A DNA stretch of 64,000 bases from Phoronis australis (taxonomy: Eukaryota > Animalia > Phoronida), in NCBI GenBank assembly GCA_002633005.1, contig NMRA01000022.1:62001-126000 (forward strand), written 5' to 3'. Both the position numbers and the translations under genes were made by a program. Below the pieces are notes generated by a model. The model had not been told where the DNA came from and did not search any database. It was given only the letters and a program-made list of their open reading frames with translations. This document shows positions 1 to 10,984 of this stretch, piece after piece (within the stretch, counting starts at the first letter, position 1; the number at the start of each line of letters is the position of its first letter).

Positions 1-699
1 ATTTTTGTTTTTTAACCTCAGAAGTCAAGTCTTGCCCACATAAGATGAGCCACTGTAATGAACTAACAAACAGTGTTTGCTGTTTATTATCTCGTTTTGC
101 CTTCATCCTAAAAGCTCAAGTCAATCATGAGGTGGACAATTGTGGGTTGTGTTAAACACGTCATCATATTCATACCATTCCCAGATATTCAGTGCTAAAT
201 TTTTCAACTTACTTGTGGGGTGCACTGCTTGAAAAAAATTGATGCCGCGAGGTGAATCCTTTGTGAACGGTGTTTTTTGTGACTGAAATTTCTCATGAGA
301 GTCATTTGTGTGATTTCTTTTGGAACAGCAAAGTTTCAAGGGAAGGCACAAATGAATGCAATTTACGTTATGGACAAAATGCAAAGCAATTTCTCAATTA
401 TCCGTTAGTATGCTCATTTGTTGTTGCATAATGGTGACATTGTTATTATGTGGCGCCACATGCCTGAAATATTAGTAGGGACGTATTTATGTGTCTACTG
501 ACAACAATCATAAGCGTAATTCACAAAATTTACTCATTTGTTTCTAAAATTATTTTAGAAGCAGACATTTTATAGAAAGGCTGTCTTCAATGTCCAAGTT
601 GAGAACATGTCACATACTGCTACTTTTCCAGCATGCACTCTGTACACTTTTGAGACACCCAATAATTACAGCTCATACTTAAAAATTGAACTATATTAC

Positions 700-859
700 C
701 TGTCGTAACCAGACGTTGCCCAAGCTCATGGCGACCTCTTTAGGCAAAAGTTTGACCACAAGTCTTTTCAGCTGTGACATCACATTTTCCCTCGCTGACA
801 AAGAGTTGGCAAGTATGGCGTCGAAATCCACTCCAGGCAATGTCATCTCCACATACAGT
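700..859 (-). CDS. CACHD1: CACHD1-like exon 24 (second SEA-like module); gene continues
   Basis: LYVEMTLPGVDFDAILANSLSARENVMSQLKRLVVKLL; in phase, ends at a CAG|GTAATA donor. Confidence 0.7.
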
Positions 860-1379
860 CTGAAAGGAAGATAAAAGAATATTTACAAATATCCATTAGT
901 TGTTTGAATTTTACATTCAACAATCATTCAAAAATGGCTGGGATTTTACTCACTGCCACAACATTCTTAAAATTAGAACAGCAAATTGTTTAGTTTTACG
1001 AGTTTAACTTCATTCCACAATATTGACTTTCTTAATCCAAATAGATTACGTAGGTACTAAAACACTTACAAAGCCCGTGTCATTCCAATTTGCACGTCTC
1101 CGTACAATAGCAATTAATGCACACATTAGAGGCACGTCTCATTCCACAGGACAGATAACAACAGAATCCACTACAGCTCATAAATTTTACTTCTTCCTGC
1201 TATATTAACAATGAATTTACTTGACATAGAATCCTTTAATAGGCTCATAATTCCCCTACCTAATGGTGAAACACAAAAAAATCTTAGAATATTTCCATTC
1301 AACTAGTGCATTTCCTAGTTCCAAGCTGAGATTATCGGCGTAGAACTGGCTTCAACAACAGTTGCTTAGCACAACTCAC

Positions 1380-1540
1380 TCAGTGTATTCTTCCCTTTTA
1401 GCAGCTCTAAACATGGCAGGTGCCTTGTTTGGTCCAACAAGAAACTTCGAACCCCAACGTGTCTTTTGATCAATAGTAGCCACAGAAACATTTAGATTGG
1501 GCCCCCGCACCTCTTCAAGAATAATGACCGTCACGGTATC
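1380..1540 (-). CDS. CACHD1: CACHD1-like exon 23
   Basis: DTVTVIILEEVRGPNLNVSVATIDQKTRWGSKFLVG; GTGAGT donor, phase 2. Confidence 0.7.
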
Positions 1541-1716
1541 CTACAATATCATAACAAATATGTACAGACATGAAAATCAAAAAGTCACACGTTCACTTCT
1601 GTAAAAAAATCCGCAGTTTTTGTCATGATGACCCTGAAGACTATTCGTGAATTCCAAAGTGACAGACACATTCACATTGCAGGTACACCTAAAACTATTC
1701 CTTAAATTTCACACAC

Positions 1717-1867
1717 CTGTGCTGTGATCCGCGGTTCTACCATTTCTTGGCTCAGCCCAGGTACGAGGTTAACGAGTTTCACACGGAGGCTGGTAACTAG
1801 CTCCTCTCTCTCCACAGGGGTAAGTAGTGAAAGATCAGCGCATGGGAAGAAAATTGTAACGTTTGTG
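1717..1867 (-). CDS. CACHD1: CACHD1-like exon 22 (SEA-like module)
   Basis: TNVTIFFPCADLSLLTPVEREELVTSLRVKLVNLVPG; in phase. Confidence 0.7.
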
Positions 1868-2067
1868 CTGAAAGACAAAACTTGTTTAGATTATCTTTTG
1901 CTTACTTGCCATACCACCACGTGGTTGTACATGTCAAACATAGTTAAAGCCATGAAACATTGGAGGCTTATTTAATGAAAGTAGCTTAAGATTAAAGTCA
2001 TAAATTTCATCTTACGCTCCACACAACTATTTCTGAAAGTAGTAATTTTACTTCACCTCAGCATCAT

Positions 2068-2203
2068 TACAGGGTCCCAGCAAATAAACCCTAAGTTACT
2101 ACCTACTCAGACATACAGGGTCCCAGCAAATAGACTCACGATTACTAGCTACTCAGATATACAGGGTCCCAGCAATTAGACTGATAATTACTAGCTACTC
2201 AGA
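2068..2203. repeat. 46-bp tandem repeat x3
   Basis: tacagggtcccagcaa..ttacta(c/g)ctactcaga units at 2068, 2114 and 2160. Confidence 0.9.
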
Positions 2204-2991
2204 CCATTTCATAATTACTCGTAAACTGGAATGTGCTAACAATTACATGTCTTGACAAAAAGCTTATTCTGTAATTGTGAAGTCAAAATTTCATCACTTA
2301 TGTGCTAATAAGTCACTTCAGATGAAACAGAACCCAGGAATGTTGCACTCCTAACTCCATCTGGTGATAGAGTAGGGAAGTAGCCCATGCCATAACCTGC
2401 TGAGAGAAATATGACTCACAGTGTAAAAATTTAAATTTGGGGCTCTTGTCATGAAAATGCCAAGAACAGTTGTTTCATGACTATAAAGTCCCACACAGAG
2501 CTAATTAGGCCAAGTGGAATTCCTGAACGTCAACATGGAGTAAATCAAGTTAGCCGGGGTGATTCTTCCCCATGAAATAATCAGTGAACTTCATTTGGTT
2601 GATAACACAACCATAACAAAAAAGTTCCACCCCAAAACTAATTTTCAAAGATGGTGCAGCTTGTTGAGCGTACATGAGTACTTTCTAACTTCTTACATTG
2701 CCATTTGCAGTAATAATTCTTTGCTTACGATATTGATCAAACTTACAAAAAACAAAGACTAGTCGTAAAGCGACATATCGAAAGCATGTGGCATGAAAAT
2801 GAGGCTTAAAAGCTCCTTAAGTTTCTAAACAAGCCCATTAAGTGATTTTCAAACAGTGCAGATGGACTTAATGTAATGGCACTTAATTTCCAAATGGCTA
2901 ATTGACTGACTTTTGCAACAGAACCCAGGATGGATCTAACGGACCATCAACACAGCACCTTCGTTTCATCACTCCCTCCAACACCCATTAC

Positions 2992-3096
2992 CTGAGCCCA
3001 GTGGGGCACACGTTGGTACAGACGGGGAAATCCTTATAAATGTCGTGTGCACACCATGTACACTGGCCATCCTTTTCACACGTAGACTGGTTGTTC
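2992..3096 (-). CDS. CACHD1: CACHD1-like exon 21 (PSI-like Cys cluster)
   Basis: NNQSTCEKDGQCTWCAHD..PVCTNVCP. Confidence 0.8.
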
Positions 3097-4028
3097 CTAA
3101 AGTAAAATACAAATGGACCAAGTGACATTCAGCACCATGCTGTGAGCCCCTTTAACATTACGTAGGAGTAAGTTTGGCTAATTTTGGAACTTCATAGCTC
3201 AAAAATGGCTTCACTTATCGGATTTTTTTGAAACTTTCAGATACTACTCTTAATACATTGTTCCCCAAAACTTTGTTAAGAACTGTTTTTAAAAAGTTAT
3301 ACTTTTGCAAGAGGCGATATCAAAAAATAAGACACTTATGATTTTTACGAAAAAAAATCAAAAGTTTCATACAAAAAATGAAATAATTTAGAAAACTGAA
3401 ACAGCTTTTTTTCTGGAACGTTTATATCAAATAAAAATTTGGTCACATTTCTGACACTTGTTTTACCACAAACGACACTTTCTTTTTTGCTAAAATTTAC
3501 TAAAAAGACATGGCAGACTGATATAAACTAAAAAAAATCAAATTCTGGAAGCTTTCTACAATCGCAATACTTTTCCTGAATTCTTTACATATTTGACTCA
3601 CAGACCTGTGGATAAGTCCCTACATACTTTGACGGAATACAATTTATACGAAATGTTTGCATGCCTTGTTTATAAATGAATAGACGGACACACGTTTGAT
3701 AACATGGCTCAAATGAACCCTCAGACTCAGCTAGAGTATGTAAGGAGGAGACACAATAGCAAAAACGGAATTTGATCATTTACAATCATTGTGTAAATTT
3801 GCACAAAAATACACATCAGCAGATTTCACTGCCCTATAGTCATTGCAATGATGGAAAACTGGCCAATGGATGACCTGCTATCAAACACATCCTGCAGTAC
3901 ATAGGATACTGTTGACATTTAATACCTTCTGGAACATGGATGACACCTGATTAAGAATGTCAACTTGTCCATGACTTAGTACAGCCTGACTGTTTCCCCA
4001 CAGCAAGCTACACTGTCTCTGTACCCAC

Positions 4029-4110
4029 CTAGCTACACAAGGCTGTCTACATTCTTCCACAGAATCTGGCGGCGACTTCAGCTGGACTACCTCAGATTGT
4101 TTAGGAGGAA
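4029..4110 (-). CDS. CACHD1: CACHD1-like exon 20
   Basis: VPPKQSEVVQLKSPPDSVEECRQPCVAR; phase 1 to 2. Confidence 0.75.
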
Positions 4111-4582
4111 CTGGAATGAAATTATGACAGTGCAATGAAGTTCAGGCAGCGAGGCGGTGGAGGGAAATATGGAGGTCCGTAAGGGGCAGCCAGACATTCA
4201 GCCAAGTGGGCCATACACGATCAGTCTAACTGAGCAGCCAGTGCTACCTCCAGGTGTTCTCTTAAAACATTCGATTGTTACCCGTTCCACAAAATATTTG
4301 TGAACTATAGTGCAGTTGTACTCACACAATGCAAAATAGCAAAATATATCCATCAATTCAACTGGACATACATATGTTGAATCAACAGACAAACTTGATC
4401 TTGTCAAAAAGACCACAATAAGTTTTTAAATGGTTACATTCATAATTCCTGGACGTTTTGAACTTCACAATATCCATAACGCAACAGCATGTTTCCCAAT
4501 AAATGTGTCTTTTAAGGGCATATTGGCACAGCCAAACAAAAGTTACATTTGACATTTCTTCATGGAAATCTTATATACTCAC

Positions 4583-4661
4583 CAGGGCAGAGGGTGTCTG
4601 ACAGGACTTTTTCAAATTGGTTAGCACAGTTATCAAAGCCAAAAGCACAGGCACACGGGCA
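4583..4661 (-). CDS. CACHD1: CACHD1-like exon 19 (Cys-rich)
   Basis: CPCACAFGFDNCANQF..CP, matching the family CECPC pattern. Confidence 0.82.
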
Positions 4662-5387
4662 CTGGAATTAGACGAGATTACAAGTAAAGAACGCATCAAG
4701 CAAAGTGTATTCTTCACTCAAAACACCGTAGGAAACCTGTGATTTTGAACAAGTCTTATTATGGGGACGGGAAGTGACATACTAGATATAACAACTCAGT
4801 CTATTACCATCTTCCTTTTTCCACCAATAAATCCAACTTTATACAACAGAAAACATTTCTGCTGATGAGTTCAACTCTAAGCGGAATAATAAAACAATAA
4901 CTGTGAACATTGTCTCGGTAGCGGTTCTCAAACATCCATTAATGTTTTATTCATCTTTCTAATGGTGACAAACCTTCATCCATTAGACGTGGTCAAACGC
5001 GAGTGCATTACAATGGTGCAGCTTTATTGAGACGGGTTCAAAGTTCACAGTGCTTGAGCGTCCCTCTAGTGGACATTGTTCAAACTCTTTCTGATGTCTT
5101 CTGTTTAATAATTGGAATAACAAGCCTTTATCCCCAGTTCCCAGGCTGGGACAGATCATGTATTCTCAAGTGTCCTTTGTTGTATAAAATGGTCATAATT
5201 AAAATTAGGCATTTTTGTTTTTCCTACTGATGCCGGTATCCAAATTTTACAGTAAAAGGTCACATGTTTTCCCTGTTCAAAGTGTATCTTAGACTCATGA
5301 TTTTGTAGTACATTAAACTTGATCTGGGCATGAACAATATTCATAAATGTTTGCTACTATGAACTTTGACAAAAGTTGTCAACTCAC

Positions 5388-5447
5388 CTGGCATTTCTTG
5401 TCAGAAAACTGGTCACACATTTGACACTCTTTTGAACATTTACATTC
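5388..5447 (-). CDS. CACHD1: CACHD1-like exon 18 (Cys-rich)
   Basis: ECKCSKECQMCDQFSDKKCQ; cag/GTGAGT boundaries. Confidence 0.8.
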
Positions 5448-5999
5448 CTGCAATGTAAAAGATTTTTTTTCAATTTTCCATTTCAATAAAGTATCAAAAA
5501 GGGCAATGTAAGCAGAATCAGCGAACCATTCGCTAAATTTTGAAGTTTGAAGCACAGAAATTCATAATTTCACACCACGCTCCGCACGTAAAATGACTAG
5601 AAAGATTGAGCCAACTTATTTAACCCGATTTCAAGCGAAAATGAATTTATCAGCTTTTCCCAATTCAAGAAACCACACCTAATGTGACTATAATGTCTGG
5701 TTTAATCAATGTTGTAAGGGTAACAGTTGCAGCCTTTGGTATATGTGGTCGTATGTATTGTGTAGCTAAGTCAACTGCCAGCTGGCAAACTCACTTCTTG
5801 CTACATAATGTGTACACAGACAAAGCAGCTGTCAGCAACTGTCACTTGTTATACCTATGGCAGTCTGAAGCAGCTAGCAACTCTTACAATCATATGTAGA
5901 CCAACAGACCACGCTTAAAGAACAAGTTGCAGCGAATAGGCAAATTTTGACAGTAGGCAAGTACACAGCGGGTCAATAAGAAAAATGCTCTCAACACAC

Positions 6000-6194
6000 A
6001 TTGGCGGAGACGGTCCCTCTATGACAGCTGGCTGGGTCATTAATGACCAATAAGAAGACGTTGGTCTCCGGAACCGCAGACAGTTGGAACTGGCGACACT
6101 CGGTGGCCCCCGGGCCACTGGATGTGAAGTTGAAGTCACTGGTGTCGTAGAACAGTTGAGATGCCTGGTCGTTGAACTTGTTACACCAGGTGGG
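6000..6194 (-). CDS. CACHD1: CACHD1-like exon 17
   Basis: PTWCNKFND..QLFY...CRQFQLSAVPETNVFLLVI. Confidence 0.85.
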
Positions 6195-6458
6195 CTGTGA
6201 AGAATAGACAAACTGTATGTCAAGCATGTTAGATAAAGCTGTAGGTCATTTAGTATGAAGCATATGTGTTATTTTCTGTGCATCACATAACATTGTAGAA
6301 ATGTACGATCAATTACTAAATATGGCTCATGTCAACTTCGAAATGACATCCATAATTTACGATGGTCTTCAAAATTCTAAGCCACTATGCCACTGCTTAC
6401 CCCATCTAAGTCCAAAATGATTCGCTAGACTGTCAACTTGAGGTAAGAGCATCCCTAC

Positions 6459-6570
6459 CTTGAGGTACTGTCCCTTTCCTATGAGTAAGGATGCCAGCCA
6501 GGGAAGCCTTTCAGTCAAGTGTTGATGGCTGGCCTCACCACCCACACGCTGGGCACGCTCCATAAAGTAG
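6459..6570 (-). CDS. CACHD1: CACHD1-like exon 16
   Basis: YFMERAQ..HQHLTERLPWLASLLIGKGQYLK. Confidence 0.8.
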
Positions 6571-7056
6571 CTGGAACAATAAGTGCATCAATGCACAATC
6601 TGAAGTGAAGACTACACATTGGAGTCTTCACAATATCTATGTTACAACTATATACTAGGTATTTCTCGAAAAGATGTTAAGGATTCAAAGATTTGAAATG
6701 ATAGCCTAAATTGTTGGTTGGTAAGACTTGGCAGGGTAAACAGTGTTCTTTTCTTTTCTCAAGAGCCAAGGGGTGATAACTTTGAGTTAGATATAATCAT
6801 TAGAAATAGAGAAGGCAAGAGAATTTTTTTCCTCGGTGCCAAATTTGGTGCGTGCGGTTGGCTCCTCTTCTCCGTTGATCATTTTCTGCAACTGTTCTTT
6901 TCCCCGTTTGTTCAACACCTGGAGTCTGTTTTGCCAGCTGAATTCCAATAGGCCTAGTCAAAAAACAATCCTAACTTTTTAGTTCGCGGTTATTTAAAAT
7001 TAATAGCTCACTGGAAAAATTACAAAAGCCACTCGCTTAAAATTGACAACACTTAC

Positions 7057-7197
7057 CCGCTGTCATCAAGCATGTAACATTTGATGTTACTATTTGAGCA
7101 CTCTGGGATAGCTCTGTATAAAAGTGACTGGAAGTACCTTTCACCAACATCGGCAGCTGTTACCCCGGCGACGGGCTTTATTGAAGACTGCACAGTC
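7057..7197 (-). CDS. CACHD1: CACHD1-like exon 15
   Basis: VAGVTAADVGERYFQSLL..IPECSNSNIKCYMLDDSG. Confidence 0.88.
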
Positions 7198-7639
7198 CTG
7201 AACAAAGAGGATTCACAGGGTAAGTAACCTACTAAACGTTTTAGTTGTCACAGAGACACAACAAGCACAAAACACAAAGGGTAATCCTGCATTATCTGTT
7301 GTAAATTACCCAGAAGTTAAACCTACTGCACTCTGAGGTTTAAATAATCAAAGAACTGAGAATGGTTGTTTCTAAAGTCAAAGTTTATAGTAAAACATCA
7401 AGAAACAAAGATGTCTCTTACCAACGCTGGGTATCTGTGATATTTTTGAAGCAAGCAGCAGCCTCTCTCCAAGCAATATGAATTCTAGAGTAGCTAACAG
7501 AATATTTATACTGAACACAAGAAAGGTGGGCGAGATAGTTCAAAACATGAAAACCCACAAACTTCCTCCAAAATGCTACATCTAGTTCCAAAACAATTCT
7601 CGGAACAAAGTCGCTGGTTGGGATTAGAGTCTTCTTCAT

Positions 7640-8065
7640 TCACCCATTTCTGTGCTTGAGTAATAAAATTGTGTGCGGAGTCAAGCAGTCTCTGTATTCA
7701 CTGGATTCTTCCTTTTCTACTTCATCCTCCAATAGCACGTTGTACATGTTGTGTGCTGCGAGGGCAGCCTCTAAACACTGGTTAAATTCTGGCAGCAATT
7801 CCTGCATGGAATCGACATTTTCCTTGCTTTCCATGAGGCTGATGCCATGATTGATCAGCCTCGTGACGGCTCCCTTAGCGACACCGTGCTGTTTTCTTAG
7901 GACCGACAGTTGTTGTTCCATCTTCAGTTGTTGTTGTAGTGTTGTTGAGACACGAGCCTTTCTCGCGATCAGTTCATCAAACTTGTTGGTTTGATTATAA
8001 ACCCGTTGGTTTAACTGTAAACCCTTTGGTTTACTTCCCAGTGCTTCAAAAGGGTTGAACGTCAT
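7640..8065 (-). mobile_element. BEL/Pao-like LTR retrotransposon gag N-terminal remnant
   Basis: LSVLRKQHGVAKGAVTRLIN...AAHNMYNVLLEDEVEKEESSEY resembles BEL/Pao gag helices; truncated, no pol. Confidence 0.55.
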
Positions 8066-8869
8066 ATACTTTAGAATCTTTAGATTCCTTCTAAGGCATA
8101 GGGTATAGGAATGAGGTTCTGTTTTTTGGGGTAGAATTAGGATCAGAGTTTTGTTTGGTAAAGGAGTTCGTATAGACCCAAATTTGCATTAGCCAATGAG
8201 CTAAGTAAATACATCATTACATGTATTATTATTAACACACTTCTATTCCTCGGCCTACGTATGATGCAAGCTGGTGTCTCAGTAAGTTTCTGAATAAAAA
8301 GATTCCACATATTTAGGAAACCTAAAATATTAGGCCTATGAATTTTGATGTTAAAAATAGTTTAGACGAATGTCTGAAGATCTGACTGGGATAATTGCGA
8401 GGGCTAAAATTGAGGATTACCTCAAAACTAAAGACGCGTCATGCCGTCATGGTGTCCCAGGACCTTTGACTTATGTGTTCATTTTTGCAAACCACTAACA
8501 TTGATCTTTTTATGTAAATGGCGGTTTTGAAGATGTAAGATTAAAAAATCGTCAACAATTAAAAACCACATAAATGTATCAAAACAAAAGGAGAGCCAAT
8601 GAGATAAATATACATTAGACCTAAGTTCATTGAGCAGAACCATGCTTACGTTCTGAAAGTTTGTTCGCAGTGACGTCTGGTGTTTTGAGTGGGCCATCTG
8701 GTGGCGAATTGGCAAGCCTAGGACACCAGCAAAAGTTGACAAAACATTTATTGAAAGAAAACTTTCTACCGAACGAAAGTTAAAGTGACACTGAATTCAG
8801 AAACACCAGAAGTTTAGTCTGTCTTTTCATCAATTTGTTTTGTTCAGTGAAAGAATGACTGTATTTTCG

Positions 8870-9035
8870 TTTCCGGTTGAACGTCCCATACCAAGCGCCA
8901 TCTTTGAAAACATCATTATTTTGATTCATTGGTTCATGTTTGGGTGGAACCCTTGTTTTCGTTCTTTAGTGGCAAAGAGTCATATACATCGTCATCTTCG
9001 AAACTAATGTTTTGGTTCATGTTTTGGGTAGAACT
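8870..9035 (-). promoter_or_regulatory. Candidate internal promoter (YY1-type AAGATGGCG, ETS-like ACCGGAA, duplicated ~23-bp motif)
   Basis: cgccatctt at 8896-8904; ttccggtt near 8871; ttggttcatgtttt?gggt(g/a)gaac at ~8929 and ~9012; GTATGG donor at 8891. Confidence 0.45.
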
Positions 9036-9597
9036 ATTTGTTTTGTTTTTATTTTTTAATATTTTAATAAGAAGAATTCCCTGTTACGTTTGCTACCTCA
9101 GATCGGATTAGCGCTGTGTTGGATTTCACGCTAAAATATTTTCGTAAACTAAAAATCGATTTGGTCAAATGCACAAATGAATGTCCTTTGAACATGTCAT
9201 CCATTCTACAAATTTACTTCCAGCCTGATTTTTTAAGTTTACTTTCGTTATTTGAATTTCTAGTGACTGCACCAACAAAATGGCCAACGAACATTAGAGA
9301 CATCGAGTTTCACTAGACCTCCCAGCTGAGGATGAATTGATAGCTAGCGAAATGACGCACGTAAATTTCGGTTCTAGTTCAACGAAAATTTTCTCTGAAA
9401 CTCGCGTTTTGTTTTAAACATTTGGTGAACAAAATAGAGTAAATCCGAGACATAAAGTCAATCATGAAAAATGAAAATTCACCATCGGCTGAACTGTTAA
9501 AAGAAAATTTTTAGTGAACCAAAATTAAGTTATCCATTCACACAGGTCAGAAATGTATGGGATGATGCGACTTGTTTCCCTTATAGTGGTATAAATC

Positions 9598-9745
9598 CAT
9601 GGGCGGCGCAGCACTGAAAAAAGTGGGGTACTAAAGCCCCTCAGCCCCCCTGTGGTGCACCGCCTACAGACCATGTGCAACGTAGTACTGAAAAAAGTGG
9701 GGCGCTATAGCCCTCCCCCCAGTCCCCTATGGTGCGCCGCCCATG
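9598..9745. mobile_element. MITE with 13-bp TIR and 5-bp TSD
   Basis: catgggcggcgca...tgcgccgcccatg flanked by AAATC on both sides; internal dimeric structure. Confidence 0.85.
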
Positions 9746-9828
9746 AAATCAATGAAGAAATGGTAATATTTCTCTGAAATTTTTACGACTTTTAAGAAGA
9801 AAAATTATTGCATTCATGTACAACGTAC

Positions 9829-10026
9829 TGCTTCTGACTGAAGACTCTACCAATACCGACGACCTCTGTATTCCCGTCGAAGCTGCTCAGAGCTGGACGC
9901 GAAAAAGTGTATATGTCAGGTCGACCAATCGCTCTCTGATACCAAGCCTGCTCGGTCGGGTTGTATTTGTTGTCTGCTAACATTCCGGGCGATACGCGGA
10001 AAACGCCGCTCTCCGTGCCGACGTAC
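9829..10026 (-). CDS. CACHD1: CACHD1-like exon 14 (second dCache)
   Basis: YVGTESGVFRVSPG...YNPTEQAWYQRA. Confidence 0.9.
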
Positions 10027-10188
10027 CTGCAGAAAATTTGAACAATGTTTAAGGTTCTGTACACGTATTACCGTCGTGTTAGATTGCCCAAGAACATTAG
10101 TGACATGGCATGCAATGTGTCCGTTCGTTTTACTCGGGTTGTTTGGTAAGATTCATAATACGTCAATCGTAGTGCCCAGTGCATTTGT

Positions 10189-10332
10189 AGTAACTTGAAT
10201 TGTCTTCGGCATACCTTGTTTAAACTAAGGCTTCATAAGCTACCGTATAGGCATAATATAAGTAACTTGAATTGTCTTCGGCATACCTTGTTTAAACTAA
10301 GGATTCATAAGCTACCGTATAGGCATAATATA
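10189..10332. repeat. 72-bp tandem duplication
   Basis: Two near-identical copies starting agtaacttgaattgtcttcggc. Confidence 0.9.
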
Positions 10333-10899
10333 CGCTCGTTCGTATTTGAAAATCAGGTTGCTCTAAAAAAATTGTGGCATGAATGCCTCGTGTTTGTTTT
10401 TGATGAGTTATCTTGGTAAGAAACATATTGCGTCACTTGAGCAATCCTGAGTGCCTTTTGTTTGTATATTGCTTGAAATGTCTTTAGCTGACGCACATGC
10501 CGACAATTTGACCTAAGCCTCGGGTCCCTTTCAAGAAAACATAGTCACTGTTAGAATTAGGAAATTTGAATTTAATATGACTTTGAAATACTCAAAAAGG
10601 AAATATGACATTTAACTTTTCAAAGCTAAGATAAAAATGCAGAGGGATATTCCAACATAAAAGATTTGCTGATTAGATCAACACTCATCTCCTAATTGCT
10701 TTATTTTTTAAATCTTCTTTTTGAGCTGTTTTCACATTGACTACCGATTTATTTGCAAACTCGCTTATCCAACATAAAAATGCGCGCTTTCAATGGAAAT
10801 ATATGGACTTAAACGCCGCCAGTGCCCTGCAATTTCAATACACCTACTGTACCAGTAATTTTCAGCACATTCGTTTGTAGGAATACTGATTTAGCCTAC

Positions 10900-10984
10900 C
10901 TGTAGACCGATTCTTTTGCTCTGTTCCAAAGCTGATCCATGACTGAAGTAAGAAGAACGTCCGATCGCACCGAAGTCTTTAATC
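10900..10984 (-). CDS. CACHD1: CACHD1-like exon 13
   Basis: GLKTSVRSDVLLTSVMDQLW..VYR; phase 1 to 2. Confidence 0.82.

Noticed and set aside
2068-2203. Repeat array superficially like a CRISPR
   Set aside because: Contiguous tandem units with related 'spacers', eukaryotic context, no cas genes.
7240-7340. H/ACA snoRNA-like layout (minus strand)
   Set aside because: ANANNA and ACA words are present but the hairpins are weak and expected by chance.
8789-8849. Box C/D snoRNA-like TGATGA...CTGA with a 7-bp terminal stem (minus strand)
   Set aside because: Only about 36 nt from box C to box D, atypical stem spacing, and no rRNA complement recognised.
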